Positions 1 through 14,055 of a DNA stretch of 64,000 nt are shown piece by piece. Position 1 is the stretch's first letter. Each line of letters opens with the position of its first letter. The position numbers and the translations under genes are program-made. The notes beneath the pieces were generated by a model. It saw nothing but the letters and a program-made list of their open reading frames with translations. It did no database searches and was not told the origin of the DNA. Source of the DNA: Nymphaea colorata. Lineage: Eukaryota. The DNA is taken from NCBI RefSeq assembly GCF_008831285.2, contig NC_045138.2:26598001-26662000 (forward strand), given 5' to 3'.

Positions 1-1798
1 GGTTGTCCTTTCAGGAGATTCTTTTCCCATTACAAAGCTCTTTAGCTTACGGAAGAACTTCCTCTTGCTTGAACTACTACGCCTAGAAGACTGAATCTCT
101 ATTTCTGGACCATCAAATTCCCCAGCATCTGTGAGCAGCGATGCTTGAGATTGTGAACAATACTCATAATCATAGTCAGGAAGACCCTTGTCGTCCCTAC
201 TGGAAGCTGCATATTCAAGCACAAGCTGCTTCGCTTTTTCCTCTGATTTGGGACTCAAACTCTTGTTGAGGTCCCGAGCTATGCTTTTGCCTGGCGGTGC
301 CTGGAAATTTCTCAGCTCATACCGCAGACAGGCATTTATCCACCTAAGATAGACCAATTCCTCAACATCAGCACATCTGTCCATCTGAACCCTTTCCAGC
401 TCCTCCATTAATTTCTTGTTTGTCTCTCTCAATGTGCCAACTTCTTCCAAAGCTTTCTCCACATCCTCAGCCTGACATAGAAATTTAAATTATCTTAGCA
501 AGAAATTCTCCAAGTACAAATGTCAGAATATATAAAACTGGTAGGAATGTTGAGAACCTCATGAACTGAGTTTGAAGTAGAAGCAACAGTTTCTGCGAAG
601 TCCAGCTTTATTGCAAGTTCTGAGTTTTCTCTTTGCAGCCTCTCATTTGACGTTCTTAGTTCAGAAGCTTCATTCTCTAAGTCCCGCAACCTCTGTAATT
701 TCTCCTGAATTTCTTCGTTTTCTTTGCAAGCTTCACTTTCCATCACTAGTAGTGCTGAAAGACGTCCCTGCAGCTGAGAAAGCTGCATCTTTGCCACTTC
801 ACTTTCGGTCTTCATCCGTTTCTTGAGCAACTTGATTTTTGTCCTAGCAGATTCCAGCTCTGCTGTTGTTCTCGAGTAGTTGGCAACCTGTTCTTGAAGT
901 CTATGATTATCGGCTTGAAGAGATTGGATCTTCAGCTCAAAAAGCTGCGACTCCATTGAACTAATTTTCAGGCGGTTCTCAAGTTCCCTGACAACACTTT
1001 CCTGCTCTTTCAATTCATAATACTCCAGCAGTTGCATTTCCAGATTCCTTTCCCTCTCCTGCAGAACATAGACCTGATTCCTCAGTCCCTTTATCTCCAT
1101 CTCCACATCTATGTCATTCTTCTCTGTTCTCTTTACAGGAAAAACCACTTTATAGTTCCTAGATTTGGGCAGGGAAATTGCTGAACTACTAAATTCTTGA
1201 GACACTAGTTCATTAAATTCTGGCAACAGGAATCCGTCTTCATTAGCCAAGCTCTTTGGAGAAGGTTCAGTTATCGGATCAACCCGCTCTATAGACTCGG
1301 CCTAAAGAGAAACATCTGAATATCAGAATTCACGTGGATGAACAATTCAAGATCAAATTTGGAAGAACAGTATCCATTTACCAATTTAATAATAAGACCA
1401 GGAAACTGATTTCTTATGAGGGAACAAACATAGACAACTCCTGCGCATACTTTACTTTAACAAGGAATCAAGCAATATGATTGAAAGAGCATACTTCTTC
1501 TCTGATTGCGGTTGCCGACGAATCCAGAGCTTGAAGTTCATCTTTAAGTCCTCCACTAGATCCCTTAATATGGGATTTACCTAAATCAGCGGCAGGAACC
1601 AACGGAGCCAAAAAATTAACAAGACAGAAAATGTTACATAACCAAAGCACATAAAGAGATGAAAAACAAACCTGCAGGCTTGAGATGAATCCGGACTCTG
1701 AAATGGCTAAACAAATAACCCGCAAAGGATAAAGCGAAGGCAATGCCTAACTTGAGGAGAAAGGTATTCTCCTCACGTCGTTCCTTCGGAGTTCCCAT
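1..1798 (-). CDS. CHUP1-like coiled-coil protein, 3' end outside the window; exons 1798-1672, 1580-1495, 1301-558, 471-<1
   Basis: Spliced translation starts MGTPKERREENTFLLKLGIAFALSFAGYLFS (hydrophobic N-terminal anchor), continues through a long coiled coil (ERERNLEMQLLEYYELKEQES) and contains DVEELVYLRWINACLRYELRN...ARDLNKSLSPKSEEKAKQLVLEYA, the conserved CHUP1-family block. All introns are GT-AG and keep frame. Confidence 0.88.
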
Positions 1799-2998
1799 CG
1801 AGCTCTTATTCAAGCTTTCTCAGCCCCCAACACCCATCATCTTTATCTTCACGAAAGAAGAAGGATCGCCAACGTTCAAGTGAAACCGATAAACCAAAAA
1901 GGAAAGAACAAGCGTTGTGGCATCAGGGGCTGATTATACGAGGAAGAATCGAATTGGGCATGTAGAAGGGACCATTATAAGTCAGAGAAAGATCAGAAAC
2001 GACCCTGCAATCTAAAGCCTGAATAGTTATCAAAGAGAATTTCATGAAGACATGCATGTAAACAGTCTGAAAGAAGATGGGATCGTGCATCTGGAGAATC
2101 AGCACAAGACTAGATAGCCTTCAAAATGGTGGCAACGATCACAGAGGCAGAGGATTCATACTTGGGCATCTTGAATTTCATTCATCTAAGCTAAAAGATG
2201 GTCATCAAGATGGTGAGAAATATGAGAGAGAGAGAGACGTGCAGACTTTGGTTGTTTCTGTCCCAATTTTGTCATGAGAAAAATAGTAAGCGGCGTCCAT
2301 GATTAGGATTGTTGCGCAATCGATCATACATGTGTTTTATTTCTGTCAGTTTATGCTGTTGTGGCCCACCGGCTTCCACGGGCTGCATGCCTCCCATCGA
2401 AGAGGTTGGGTGCCACTTTCCTTCCACCATCAACCTGATTATTTCATTTATAATGGTGACAAAACTATGTTCGATCATTCCACCATCAGCCAATTTTATT
2501 GGCACCACTACAAGCTCTGTCCGGACATCCGTCTCACCTAAGAATTAACGCCTTTTAAACTTTTGGAAACCCAAAAGGCTAACTATATAATATAAAGTGG
2601 CGGCAGATGCTCCGTTCCTGGATTTGAGAATTTTGTTTTATTTCATGCACCAATCTGATCTTTGACAACCAATTGAACAAGGTTGTCAAATCAGTTTTAA
2701 GCCCATCGATTCAAATTGAATCAGTGGCAAATTGATTCAATCTGCCAATGGAGAGGTGTCACTTGCCATAAACCATTTGCTTTTTTATATATATATGAAA
2801 AAAATCCTTATTTTAATAATTACATACATTATTAACTTTTTAGAATTTTTGTCAATTCATAAGTGATTCCGCTGAATTGGCCAATCCTTACCGAATTCAT
2901 TTCATCTTCCCACTCTTAGAACATTGATTCCGAACAAAACTCTGAAGACGGCAAATCGTGCAGCCATTGACGGCTGTAGCTAGGACTGCAAACAGTTT

Positions 2999-3000
<2 letters not shown>

Positions 3001-3088
<88 letters not shown>
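3001..3088. repeat. Compound microsatellite (AT)30(AG)14
   Basis: Read directly from the sequence. Confidence 0.97.
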
Positions 3089-5568
3089 CAGGTCCGAAAA
3101 CTAAAATCAGGAAACGAAAGCTTATCCTTTCACATCCCCAATTGGCAGTCACCCAGTTGATCGCAGGTTGGTACTTGTCCCGGACGGAGATGCTCAACGG
3201 AAGAACCGTGTGCGATTGCGTAGACGCAAGGGCTTGTGATTATTAATTTAAAGAGAAAAAATGGCCCACAAGATTGCGCTTCTTCTAGATTTTTAATCAC
3301 TAATCACTACAACCTTTTTTGGCGCATCAAATTTAACTTTTAATAAAAGAATAAGTCAGGTAGTACATCGCTTGCTTTATTAGGTCATGTCAATATCATA
3401 TTTGATATGAATCGATATTTTCATGCCAAGTTGAGAGGTATTTTATGCTATTCTTTAACCAACCTCATCTTGATGGACGACGACAAGTTGATTTTTAGGT
3501 ATGCCAAGTACTGAATCATATGCTCTTTCCGAGTGTGATTAGACATGCAAGCACAGTGAAATAAATATATTACTCCAAAGACTTGCATTGGGTAAATCCT
3601 ACATTTGGTACTCAGATTCGCGTGTGCAAGGGAATAGACCAACTACATATTTTTCCATGTCATATATAGCACACTTGTCAATTACTACCATTTATTAATA
3701 TATATTTTGATAAGTTCAAATGCGTTCCAACTAAGGTTGTCCAAAGTCCATGTATTTCACCAATTGAGACCTTATTTTTACCTGCCCAGAAAACGATTAG
3801 GTTTCTGTCCTGAATTACTCCGTTCCATGAATCAAATCCCACACTGCACTTAAAACACATGCCTTGAGAGAATAGATATGAAATTCAGGGACAACCAGAT
3901 CAGGTCCAGAAAATCAGAGACAAAATTATGTCCCAAACATAGATCTCACTTGCGATTGGATCAATCCAAATAACATTCAGATCAGAATTTTCATCGCACA
4001 GATGAACTCTGGCTTGGATGGACAGGTATATGGGACATGTCACATGCCTATCCCACTGATAATCCTAATTCCACCTAAACCAGAACATATCTAGAAAAAG
4101 AGAAAAAAATCAAGTGCATCAAACATTCAAGACAACCAAATAATTTTTCACGAAAATAAAGCATGCGAACAGGTACCAGACATGGAATTGACAACTAGCA
4201 TAAGAATCTAAATTATACAAGAGATGGATATTATACAGAGGTGAAACACACAGAAGTAATCTTTCCAAATATATTTACAACATAGATTTTGCTAATATTT
4301 CTTTCTCGGCATCTCTACTACATATCACGTAAACCTTGTTAGCTTCTTTTTACCAGATCTTCCGACTCTTGCTGGCCCGCTGGTTGATGGAGAGGCCAAG
4401 AAATTGAAGCCACAGCTCAGAATTTTTTGCAGATATTCTATGACGTAAAGAAGAAAAGGTAGGTCATAACATTTCTTAGCAAATAACAAAAGACTGACCA
4501 ATCTGCCAGTGGAGGTAACTTCACCAAGCGCACCTGCTAGTTGGTCACTACATTCTCACATTGTCCTGAAAGCCCCTAGCAATCATCAATTTGGAAAGCC
4601 ATCAACATTTATAACCATCGTTGTCCAAATACGTAGGCTTAAGAAATGCAGCAACTACATTTGAACATCTGAAACAACAAAAGTATACCATCAAACATAG
4701 CATATGATAGGCAAAAACACTAATACCTGTGCACAGGATCCATTTAAATTGCTACTAACAAGTATTAAGAGAAACGGCAGACAGAATACAATAGACTTTC
4801 CTGCATGAATGGACATGAACAAATGCCATGTTCAGTTAAAATTGGATACTAACCGAATCAGCTTTCATTTGTTATTAACACAAGGAAGTCCTAGCAACTT
4901 TATAACACAAAACTGCCCTAACAACTAAACAACACCAGTGGTATAATATTATTATAGTGATAAATACAGGTTATTTATGTAACTTATGAAACAAAGTCTG
5001 AATTCTTGAAAGGGTTTCCAACAATTATCTTACAAATGTATCTGTAGTTGTCATAAACTTCCAAATAGTATCAGAAACAATTAACATGAAACCATGCAAG
5101 ATTTATCACACGAAAGAACATTAGAGAAAGCTTTCCTATAGCAGAAGATGTTAGGGAGTTCATTTTTTATATAGATTCATCAAACACAATGACATATAGC
5201 TACCTGAAAAATGTATCCTATGCTTCTGATAATTACCTAACATTACCTGCACTGAAACTTACACATATAATGATTTAGATAAAAAAAATCACCTGCAATT
5301 GTGCATTTCATTTGGAGAGGACTAAAAGAGTAAAAGGAGAGCTAATAGAAACGGACCTTTAGGAATACATTTGATGGTATGTATTGGTATCCCACGTGTC
5401 TGTGTTAAAAACTTCAACAAGACTTCAGATCCAAAGCACTTTCTTACCATCCTGTAAAATTTGAGAATGTGAAATCAAATCAGATATTTCAGTAAAAGGC
5501 TAGCAACAAACAGTGCTCAACTTACATTAACATTATCTATTTGGTCCTTGCATGTGGGAAGTCTATAT

Positions 5569-8500
5569 CTAGCTTCCTGGCATTTTCTGTGTTTGTAACT
5601 TCCTTGACATGGCAAACTGTTTGGATAAAATATCAGCAATGAGATGCCGACCAAATAAGTGTGAGTTCTTTAGAATATGGTTCCTTGTAGATGAGTCAAC
5701 GCAATAGCCTTGTCCAGTCATCCATTGTAACAAGTGTAAAAGCAACTCTTTCTTTTCAGGTTCTGCAACATATCTCGATACAGCCAAAGAGAACACGTTC
5801 TGCAAATTTCATAGCAGAAAGTTCCATAATACATCACAATTTCTGTCTAAGGAAAAATTTGAGCATGATACAGGTATCCTAGGCTACAGAATGAACCCCG
5901 GGAAGTGCAGGAAAAAAGTATCAGCTACTTACCTGATTAATCCTATATGATGACTTGTTGCATGCTTTGAGAACATCGTTTATCAGGTTTATGTTTCCAG
6001 ATCTCATAAATGAATTTAGAAATCTCTCCAATGATGGGCTAGATATGTATTCAATATTATCCTGAGAAAATACATTCCAGTAATCACAGAATAAGAATAT
6101 AATATCAGAATGAAGACCTTAGAGACCAGGAAAGACATACCTTCATTGTTACATATGCGTCTTTTAGAAGCCCCCCTGAAACTAAAATATTTAGCATCTT
6201 TTCATGAAGAGCTTTGCTAATAGTACGCTTACTATATCTCAACATGTTATAAACAGAAAATGCTTCTGATGCGGCACCATTTTGTCCCAGACGTATCATA
6301 AGAGAAGAACATAGCTCCTGTTGCACATAGCTGAACTTTAGAATTAAATTATATAAGTATAAACAGAACTCGTAGGCTACACACAAATAATATTGATTAC
6401 GCATTATTTCACTGATTATTATAATGACACCTGATTATTTTCTAATGGAAGGACATACAAAACTTTGCAGTGGATTAACAACATAGAAAGTACACAGCAC
6501 TTCAACTCAGGAACAAATTTTGTTTGTTACTTGTTTTCCTGGATACATGTCCATACAGATTTGTCAGATGATAAACATCATAACGAAAGCAAAACTTTGT
6601 CCAAAACTCAACATGCAAGAAGCATTTCTTGCCAGCAATTGGAAGAAATCAGTACCTCATCAAGTTGATGGCCTTTTTTATGCATATCCTCAACCGTTCG
6701 GAATGCAAGGCTGTACATCTTTTGCTTGCAAAAATATTTAATCAGAATTTGGAATGTGTTCCAGTCAGGAGAAATTGCCAACTCATCCATTTTCCTGAGA
6801 ACTTTCATTACGTGTTCCATTTCTCGAGCTTGGCAATAAGTTCTAAGTAATGTATTCATCATTACCAAGTCATACTTGTAATTATTGCCCTCAAATTCCT
6901 CTGCTAGCTGCTTGGCATCTTCAATAAGCCCATGTCGACAACATGCTGAGATCATAATACTGTGAGAGTAACCATCTGTAGTGAAAAACAAGTAGAGAAG
7001 TTAATGCATTGACATATTCCACAGTTACAGCTAAAACTGTCTCCACTAAGATAATTTTATTTGACTTCTGCCGTTTTCCAATATGAAGACTGATAAATGT
7101 TGGGAAACTATGTAAACTAATTATGCATATCATGACTTGATTTAATACAAGATACTAATGACGAAAGTAATTTTAAATTAAAATGTAAAAAGTTAGAGCA
7201 TCAACATACTAAGCTATTATTTATGTTCACAGTCATGATATGTATCCAAATAACAGGTCCTGAAAATGGCTAACCCATAGCTCGATCCAGAAAAAAGACT
7301 GTTTAAACATGCTCAGTTACTTGGACAAGATGTGCTCATTTCTTGAGCATAATGTTTGCCATTTGATTATTTATTTAGTGGTAAAAGGACATGGTTTCAG
7401 AAAGACAAAAACATGTTTTTATTATTGACACCAACCAATTTGGCACCTTTAAACATTTGAACCAGCTTGAGGAGAGACTAAGAATCTGAGTGAATTTCAA
7501 AATGCAACCACAAGAACATTACCAGATTTCACACCCTTCATTTTCATGTCTTGAAAAATAACCTTGGCTTCATCTATCTGCCCCGCCTTTGCGAGTCCAT
7601 CCATCAAAATGCAAAATGGCATCTGCATTGCATTTGCATTAACCAAAGAACACAGTGCTTAGATGCTTAGACAATTAAACAGTAAGGCAGGTGGTTCGTA
7701 GCTAAATATGATCTACCATTTCAAGCAGCTAGCTGGAAGTATAGAATCATGACGAAAGCATTAGACAAAAAATTCTATATTTGCTATCAAACAAGAGCAA
7801 ATGAAAAAGAAGCATTCAAGGGTGAGGGTCATTAGTCAATTTTGAGAAAATTTAATTTGTTTACACAGATTAGGCAGTAAGACCTGTTCATGAAACTTAA
7901 ACAGTACATCAATTGGATAAGCATAGGTTCATATAAGAAAAATGTACTCTTTTATGAAAACAAAGAAAAAGAAAAAAGTTAAAAACAGCACGGTCAGAAG
8001 TGTTCTAGTATCTCGTCAAGCAATTATGACCCATAGAATTTAGAAGTAAGCCGCTACCTCTTCCTCTGCATGACCCAAGGTTCCCAATTGCACCAAAAGT
8101 TCTCTTGATTTCTCAAATAAACCACCTCTAACATAAACTTTTAGTAGAGTTGTCAAAATCACCTGCAGAATCAAGTATAAATTACTTCTGAAAACAGTAC
8201 AACCACATTACTTGGCAAAGGCTACATTAGAGAAGGAACAAGTGCATAAATATATTGCCTAACAGCCAACCGGCTATTCTATCATTTGCAGTGAAGATGA
8301 CCAAATAATGCATCCACAGAAGGCGTAACAATGACAATAACCTTATTTGGTTCTATTCCAGAAGATTTCATATCTTTGACAAGCTTTTCCGCTTTAGCAT
8401 AGTCCCCATCCACTGAGTAGGCATTAAGCAATGAGCTGTAGTGGAATAAATTTGGCTCACAACCTTCAACCACCATTTGCTGGAAAAAGCTTTCAGCTTC

Positions 8501-11273
8501 TTTGCTGAGATTGTTTGATGCACAGACTGCTAAAACAGTCCCATATATGACACTGTCCATGTGAAGACCATTAGACTTAAGTTCCTCCATTAGCTTTAAA
8601 GACTTTGAGTAGCCATCCTTAATTTTAGTGCAGCCGGAAAGTAGCTGACATTGAAGGAAAGAAGCAACTCAGACCAGCTATAATTACGTAAACAGAGCAT
8701 ACTAATACAAGGAGATAAGAATATTTTCTAGTTGGAAATAAGCTTCCGTTAGCAAATACATTATTCCAGGGACATTGTTCAAACGCTAATATTGAACAAA
8801 CAATCAGCCATCAGCCAATTATCTACAAAATGGGAAGAGGACACCAGACATACAGTACTATATGTCACGATATCTGGAGTAAGACCACCTTTCTTCATCT
8901 GCTCAAACAAGTTTATACTGGTCTCAAACTTGCCATGCCTAACAAAACAACCAAGAAGGGCATTGCAAACTGATGCATTGTATCTTGTGCATTCATCTCC
9001 AATGTCATTGTATACTTGCAAGGCTTTCACAAGGTTATGGTTTTTCCCCATGAACTTGAAAAATGTACTGTAGGATGCAACATTCACATTGTCACACTTC
9101 TGCATCCAATCAAAAAGCTGTTGCAACACATGAAAGAACTGAGTGAGAAGACATCCATTCATGCAAAGCATAACCAGAACCTAATGCCAACAAAAACAGC
9201 AAAAATGTTGGATTCAGGAAATATGCACATGAGGATCCAACAAAAACAATAGATCATAAACTCATGTTCACTCAAAAATAAATTAATTATATAAATTTTT
9301 CCCCCATCCTCAAAGGACTTAGTAGACCTTCAGGGAGCACCAAAAAAGAAGGGCAATATTGCAAAGAGCAAAATCTTATAGGTGTCTCATCACCTGACGT
9401 GAAGATGTTTAGCACTGAGCCTCAATAAGAAACAATGTACTGTTGCAAGAAGTCTTTCATCTAAATTACATAGGCCTTTCCAAAAGGGGCTTCATCTTGG
9501 AACCAACAGCATTCAACAAGAAGTTTAACAATAAGATGGAAATGTTATTTATAGAAAAATGGTGACAAAAAATTAACTAAAGAGGCTCTTGCAAACAAGG
9601 AACCTGCATCACATCATTCCATCTTTTTGACTCCCCGAAATAGCGAAGGATGGTATTAAGGTCTTGAACTTGCAATTGTCCTTGGAAGCTGAAAAATAAA
9701 CATCCTTATACATTAGGCATACAGACTATTCCCAAATCTAAACATCACATCGTGTGATTGCATGGAACCCAGAATGTTTCATCACAATGCTAACCAAATT
9801 TGTATACTTCATGCCATAGCTCAAAAATAATATCAAACTGAGCAAAATACAACAATCAAATAGACAACAAGACATAGAAACTGTCAAAATTCCCTCAAAT
9901 ATGGAATAGAAAAAGTGAAAAAGAAAGAAATAACTGTAAGGTAACCAAATTTACGCTATTTACACAACTATACTACAAAAGATGTGCAGTTCCCCTTGGA
10001 ACCAAGTATTTGTTCATCACTGCATTAAAAGCGACCAATTTCTTAAAATCTTTTCTTATCCTTGGGATCTGTTTTTCCAGAAAAAGTATAAAACACAAAA
10101 GGAAAAAGGAAGAAGGAAAGGAAGGGTGAAACTACAACTACCAACAGAAGTTGTAGCCGTTATGAGCAATGCTCATCTTGACAATCGCACCTAAATAAAG
10201 ATCCTGATAATAAAAGCACCAGTTGTTGAGAGGGTTTACTTTGAATCATGCTAAAAATTTGAATATTCATCTGAGAGGCTAACTCCAAGTTATCAAATTC
10301 AGTTTCAGATGTTTTTATCATTTTTAAGTAACTGATTCAAATTTGCCTGATACAGGTAGAGCAGAAGAGACCCACGAACACCCAATTGTAGCCCTTCAAT
10401 AGAGAAAAGGAATTTAACAAAAGAGACATGTATAACAACTGTTCTGCAGTTGTTGAAGTTCATTCATGTACTTTGGGGACATGTATAGCAACCGTTCTGC
10501 ATAAAGTTCATTTCCGCACTTTCCATATCAATGAGGCTGTATAATCACATAATTCGACAGAAAAACACAGAAGAACACATTAATTCTTCTGGAGGCAAAG
10601 GTTAGAAATTCAAGATTCATGAATATAATATTCGTGCGCTACACAATCATGAAAAAAAAGAAACAACAAATCAAAAAACATATTAGTTCTCTATGAGACA
10701 AGGCCTATAAATTTTTAGTTTTGCAAACGAAACATTGATATGAGCCTTTATGATCATAAAACAGGAAAAGACAGACCAAAGAGAGTATATCAAGCAATGG
10801 CTAGAAACCCAAGAATTCTGAACACCCCAAAGTAAACTGCAGAAGAAGCACAATGGTCACTCAAAACCAAATCCAGAATTCACAAACGCGTGACAAAAGA
10901 AGAAGAGGAAGACCAATAGACGAATGAATGCAGCAATCTGAGGAAGCAAACCTGGACAGAGCAGAGCGCAGATCATCGGCCTCTTGGATTTGGACGATGG
11001 CAGCCCTCCTTTGGGACCACCGCACGCCATTTCTTTGTTGGTAAGGCTTCTTGACAACAGCAGCAGCAGGGGCGGCGGCGGCGGCGGCAGGAGAAGAAGA
11101 ATGGTTGTTCAGAATCTGTGGTACTACTTCGCCCGACACAGGGGAAGGAATTGCGGAGCACGCCGGAGGAGTACGTGAGCTCCGGTACTGATGACGTAGT
11201 GCAGGTGGGGGTAGAGAGAGGAGGAGGTGGTGGTGGTGGGGAGGAGGAAGCCAGATGGATAACAAGTTTGCAT
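5569..11273 (-). CDS. P-class pentatricopeptide repeat protein, At1g10910/EMB3103-like (probably plastid); exons ~11273-10952, 9688-9604, 9117-8854, 8644-8342, 8162-8058, 7622-7523, 6975-6656, 6317-6141, 6061-5933, 5799-5569; start codon uncertain
   Basis: PPR motifs (PDIVTYSTLLSGC, MDSVIYGTVLAVCAS, PNLFHYSSLLNAYS, DLVMMNTLLRTYCQ) and the C-terminal KKELLLHLLQWMTGQGYCVDSSTRNHILKNSHLFGR closely match my recollection of Arabidopsis At1g10910. Ten exons join in frame at GT-AG sites. The nearest ATG (11273) is 1 nt out of frame. Confidence 0.9.
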
Positions 11274-11588
11274 CTCTGCAGGCACGGTCTCTCCACCGAT
11301 GGATAGGTTGAAGCGAAGCTTGAAGCGGTCCTTCCTCTTTACAAAGCTTTTGGTACGAAATGAACGGGTCGGATTCGGCAACGGTGTCGGTAATACTAAA
11401 TCCAGTAAACGGTTCAGTGTTGCAGGAGACAGCCGTGATGACCAAAAACCCAGGCTCGATTTATGAAGTCCTAAAACTGGATCCAAGTGCTAATTCAGAT
11501 AAATTATCTGAACTCAGATCTTTAGATGGAAGATTGGTTTGAGACTCATAGTAGAAATGCAAACTGTTTGAATTCCAGTTAGATTTAA

Positions 11589-11860
11589 TTTTTACCCAGT
11601 TCAATTTACTTAGCTAAGTTACTCTGTATGATCGGATTTTGGATTCAGTCTTAGATTCGGACTAGCTGCGTCTAATCTTCATTGGATGTTAGCTAGATGT
11701 CACTCTCAGGTTCAGATTAGTTGATATAGTTTTTACCCAATTCAACTTACTTAGCTAAGTTACTGTATATGATGGGATTTTGGATTCAGTCTCAGATTCG
11801 GACTAGCTGTGGCCAATCTTCCTTGGATCTTACATAGATATCAGTCTGAAATTCAGATTT
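11589..11860. repeat. Diverged tandem duplication, unit ~140 bp, upstream of the PPR gene
   Basis: tttttaccca.ttcaa.ttacttagctaagttact...ggattttggattcagtct.agattcggactagctg occurs at ~11590 and again at ~11730. Confidence 0.9.
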
Positions 11861-13356
11861 GACAATGAAACTGGGTACCCGCTGCGCCAACTCTCAGCTC
11901 TTTTTTTCTTTTATATACAAATGGTATGTAGCGTAACTGGTTGGGCTTAAGGCATGCGAACGTGTGAGCGACACGTTTCAACATGTTTAAATAGAGTGTT
12001 GAAGCTAAGGTTGCACCGTACCATACGATCCGGTGCCTGTATCGCATGATATACTGACACGATACACCAACTATTTACGATACAGGTGGTATATCGTATC
12101 ACTTTTTGTAAACACAACCATACATATAATACATACGACTTACAACATTGCATTGAGGAGTTGGGTTTCTCCTCTCTTTCCCTTTCTCTCTATCTTATTG
12201 TTGGCGAGCACAATTAGTTTGCTTTTTAACTCTACTTTCATTAATAGCTTTGATAAAGGATTACCATTACCATTATCCTTTGACCCCAGTTAAAATAAAG
12301 TAAATGACAATGATGCTCCCTTTATAAAAAGTATATATCTGCTCTTCTTTTACCTCATTTTACGCATGAATGCTTGGACGTGCACGAAGAGAAAAACTTA
12401 AAAAAAGTTCAAAAGAAAACCCCATAAAAGTACACTTACCATTTGGGTAAATAATACATTACTGTTTAAATTTTTAAAAAATTAATAAACAAGTGATCAC
12501 CTTTTGAGCAAAGAGCCGCTCAATAACAAAGAAACATTAAAGTTTCATATAAAATGTTAAAAATACTCTCTAGGAGGACATACTTTTCGATTTTATATTA
12601 AAAATGTGGTTTGTCATTATGTAGATTTTATTGAAAATTAGGTGCCCATTTATTAGTTTTGACAATTTCTTCAAAAAGTTTAAATAGGCCACTGCACCCC
12701 AGCAATGGAAAAGGTAGATATAGGTTGTCATATTTGTCCCTTTTGTGTTTTGTAAGTGTTGGATTGGCAGTGAAAGGAGTGGGGGCACATTAAATTCCCT
12801 TCTTTTTTTATCTTTTTTCTTTCTCCATACCAATGGTTAATGTTAGGAATTCACACCAAGGAAATCTGCAACTTTTTTTTTGCTGAAAGACAAAGAAAGC
12901 AAAATCTATGAGCCTCCATATCTTGTGCAACCTGAAGCTAAACCTATCTCATCAATTTGGCCAAATTAACACTTTCAAAAATAAATTATAATAAATTAAC
13001 AAAAAAGAGAAAATAATAAAAAGGTGCATACCTATCAATCTGACCTACTTTTAGACTCATAGTGTTTGTTTGACAAGTTGCTGATTTGATGGATCTCAAC
13101 TCACTCTTAACAGTTTTGGTTTCAACTTCAAAAAGGCTAAGAACCAGAACAATCATCTTATTAATGACATTCCTTTATAAATCCTTGAAAATCCCTCATA
13201 ATTTTCAATACGAGACTAAACTTATAAGGCGTTACATTATAAGCTCCACAAGGTCTCTCAACTTGAAGTGGTTTACTGAAGTAATTCATTTTTTCTTTTA
13301 AGAATCTATATCATGCATACCAGCTAACTTGGTTATATACTTTCAAAGTAAACTTA

Positions 13357-13620
13357 AAGAGGTGTTTTGATGACATTTCAAAAACAGGTTTCTTGGTTTT
13401 TAGTGTGTTTGGGTGTCATCAAAACTAGATATGAAAAAAAAAACACAATTGTCAAACCTTGATTTGTAAAGTAGAGTGAAAAACTTGGCCTCCTCAAATT
13501 ATTCAAAACCATGTTTTGGATGTGACATCTAAACAAATAAACTTAGTTTATAAAGCTCATTAAAAAAACTCAACTTTCACAAAACCAAGGAAAACTGAGG
13601 TAGATCGAAACGCTTTCTTA
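13357..13620. mobile_element. Putative Tourist/PIF-Harbinger-like MITE; related partial copy at ~33900-34090
   Basis: Imperfect terminal inverted repeats (gaggtgttttgat...atcgaaacgctttc) with TAA/TTA flanks. Internal motifs (tttgg.tg.c.tcaaaa, gtgaaaaa, tgtgac.tctaaacaaataaa) are shared with 33900-34090. Confidence 0.5.
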
Positions 13621-13719
13621 GCATTTGGTGCTCTCTCAATTTCAAAAGTGAAGTGAAGTGAAGTTTTTTTGACAGGGTACCAACCGAACAGGATCAATAT
13701 CCCCACATAAGAAAATGGG

Positions 13720-13778
<59 letters not shown>
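13720..13778. repeat. Compound microsatellite (CT)n(AT)n
   Basis: Read directly from the sequence. Confidence 0.95.
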
Positions 13779-13783
<5 letters not shown>

Positions 13784-14055
13784 CATGTTGCTTCATACCA
13801 CTCTCATTAGTTCGGCTTCGGCCCTTAAAAAATGTAATCTACCAACTTGTAGGATTAAGAATATTCTATCTTTAAGTCTTCACACGCATTTTACTGTTTC
13901 AAGGTCTGGGGAAAGGCGATTGTCTCTCTCCACCATATTCACACTTACCCTTCTTTGGTTTTTAGTGGAGAAATCGCAGTTTAGAAAGAAGCATCTTCCC
14001 GGAGTGTCTTTCTGGAGTTCGCCAGTAAAGTTAGCAGAGCAAGAGAGAGGAGAGG

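Noticed and set aside
2095..2225. miRNA precursor (tcatcaagat resembles part of miR172*)
   Set aside because: No mature conserved miRNA sequence and no convincing long hairpin.
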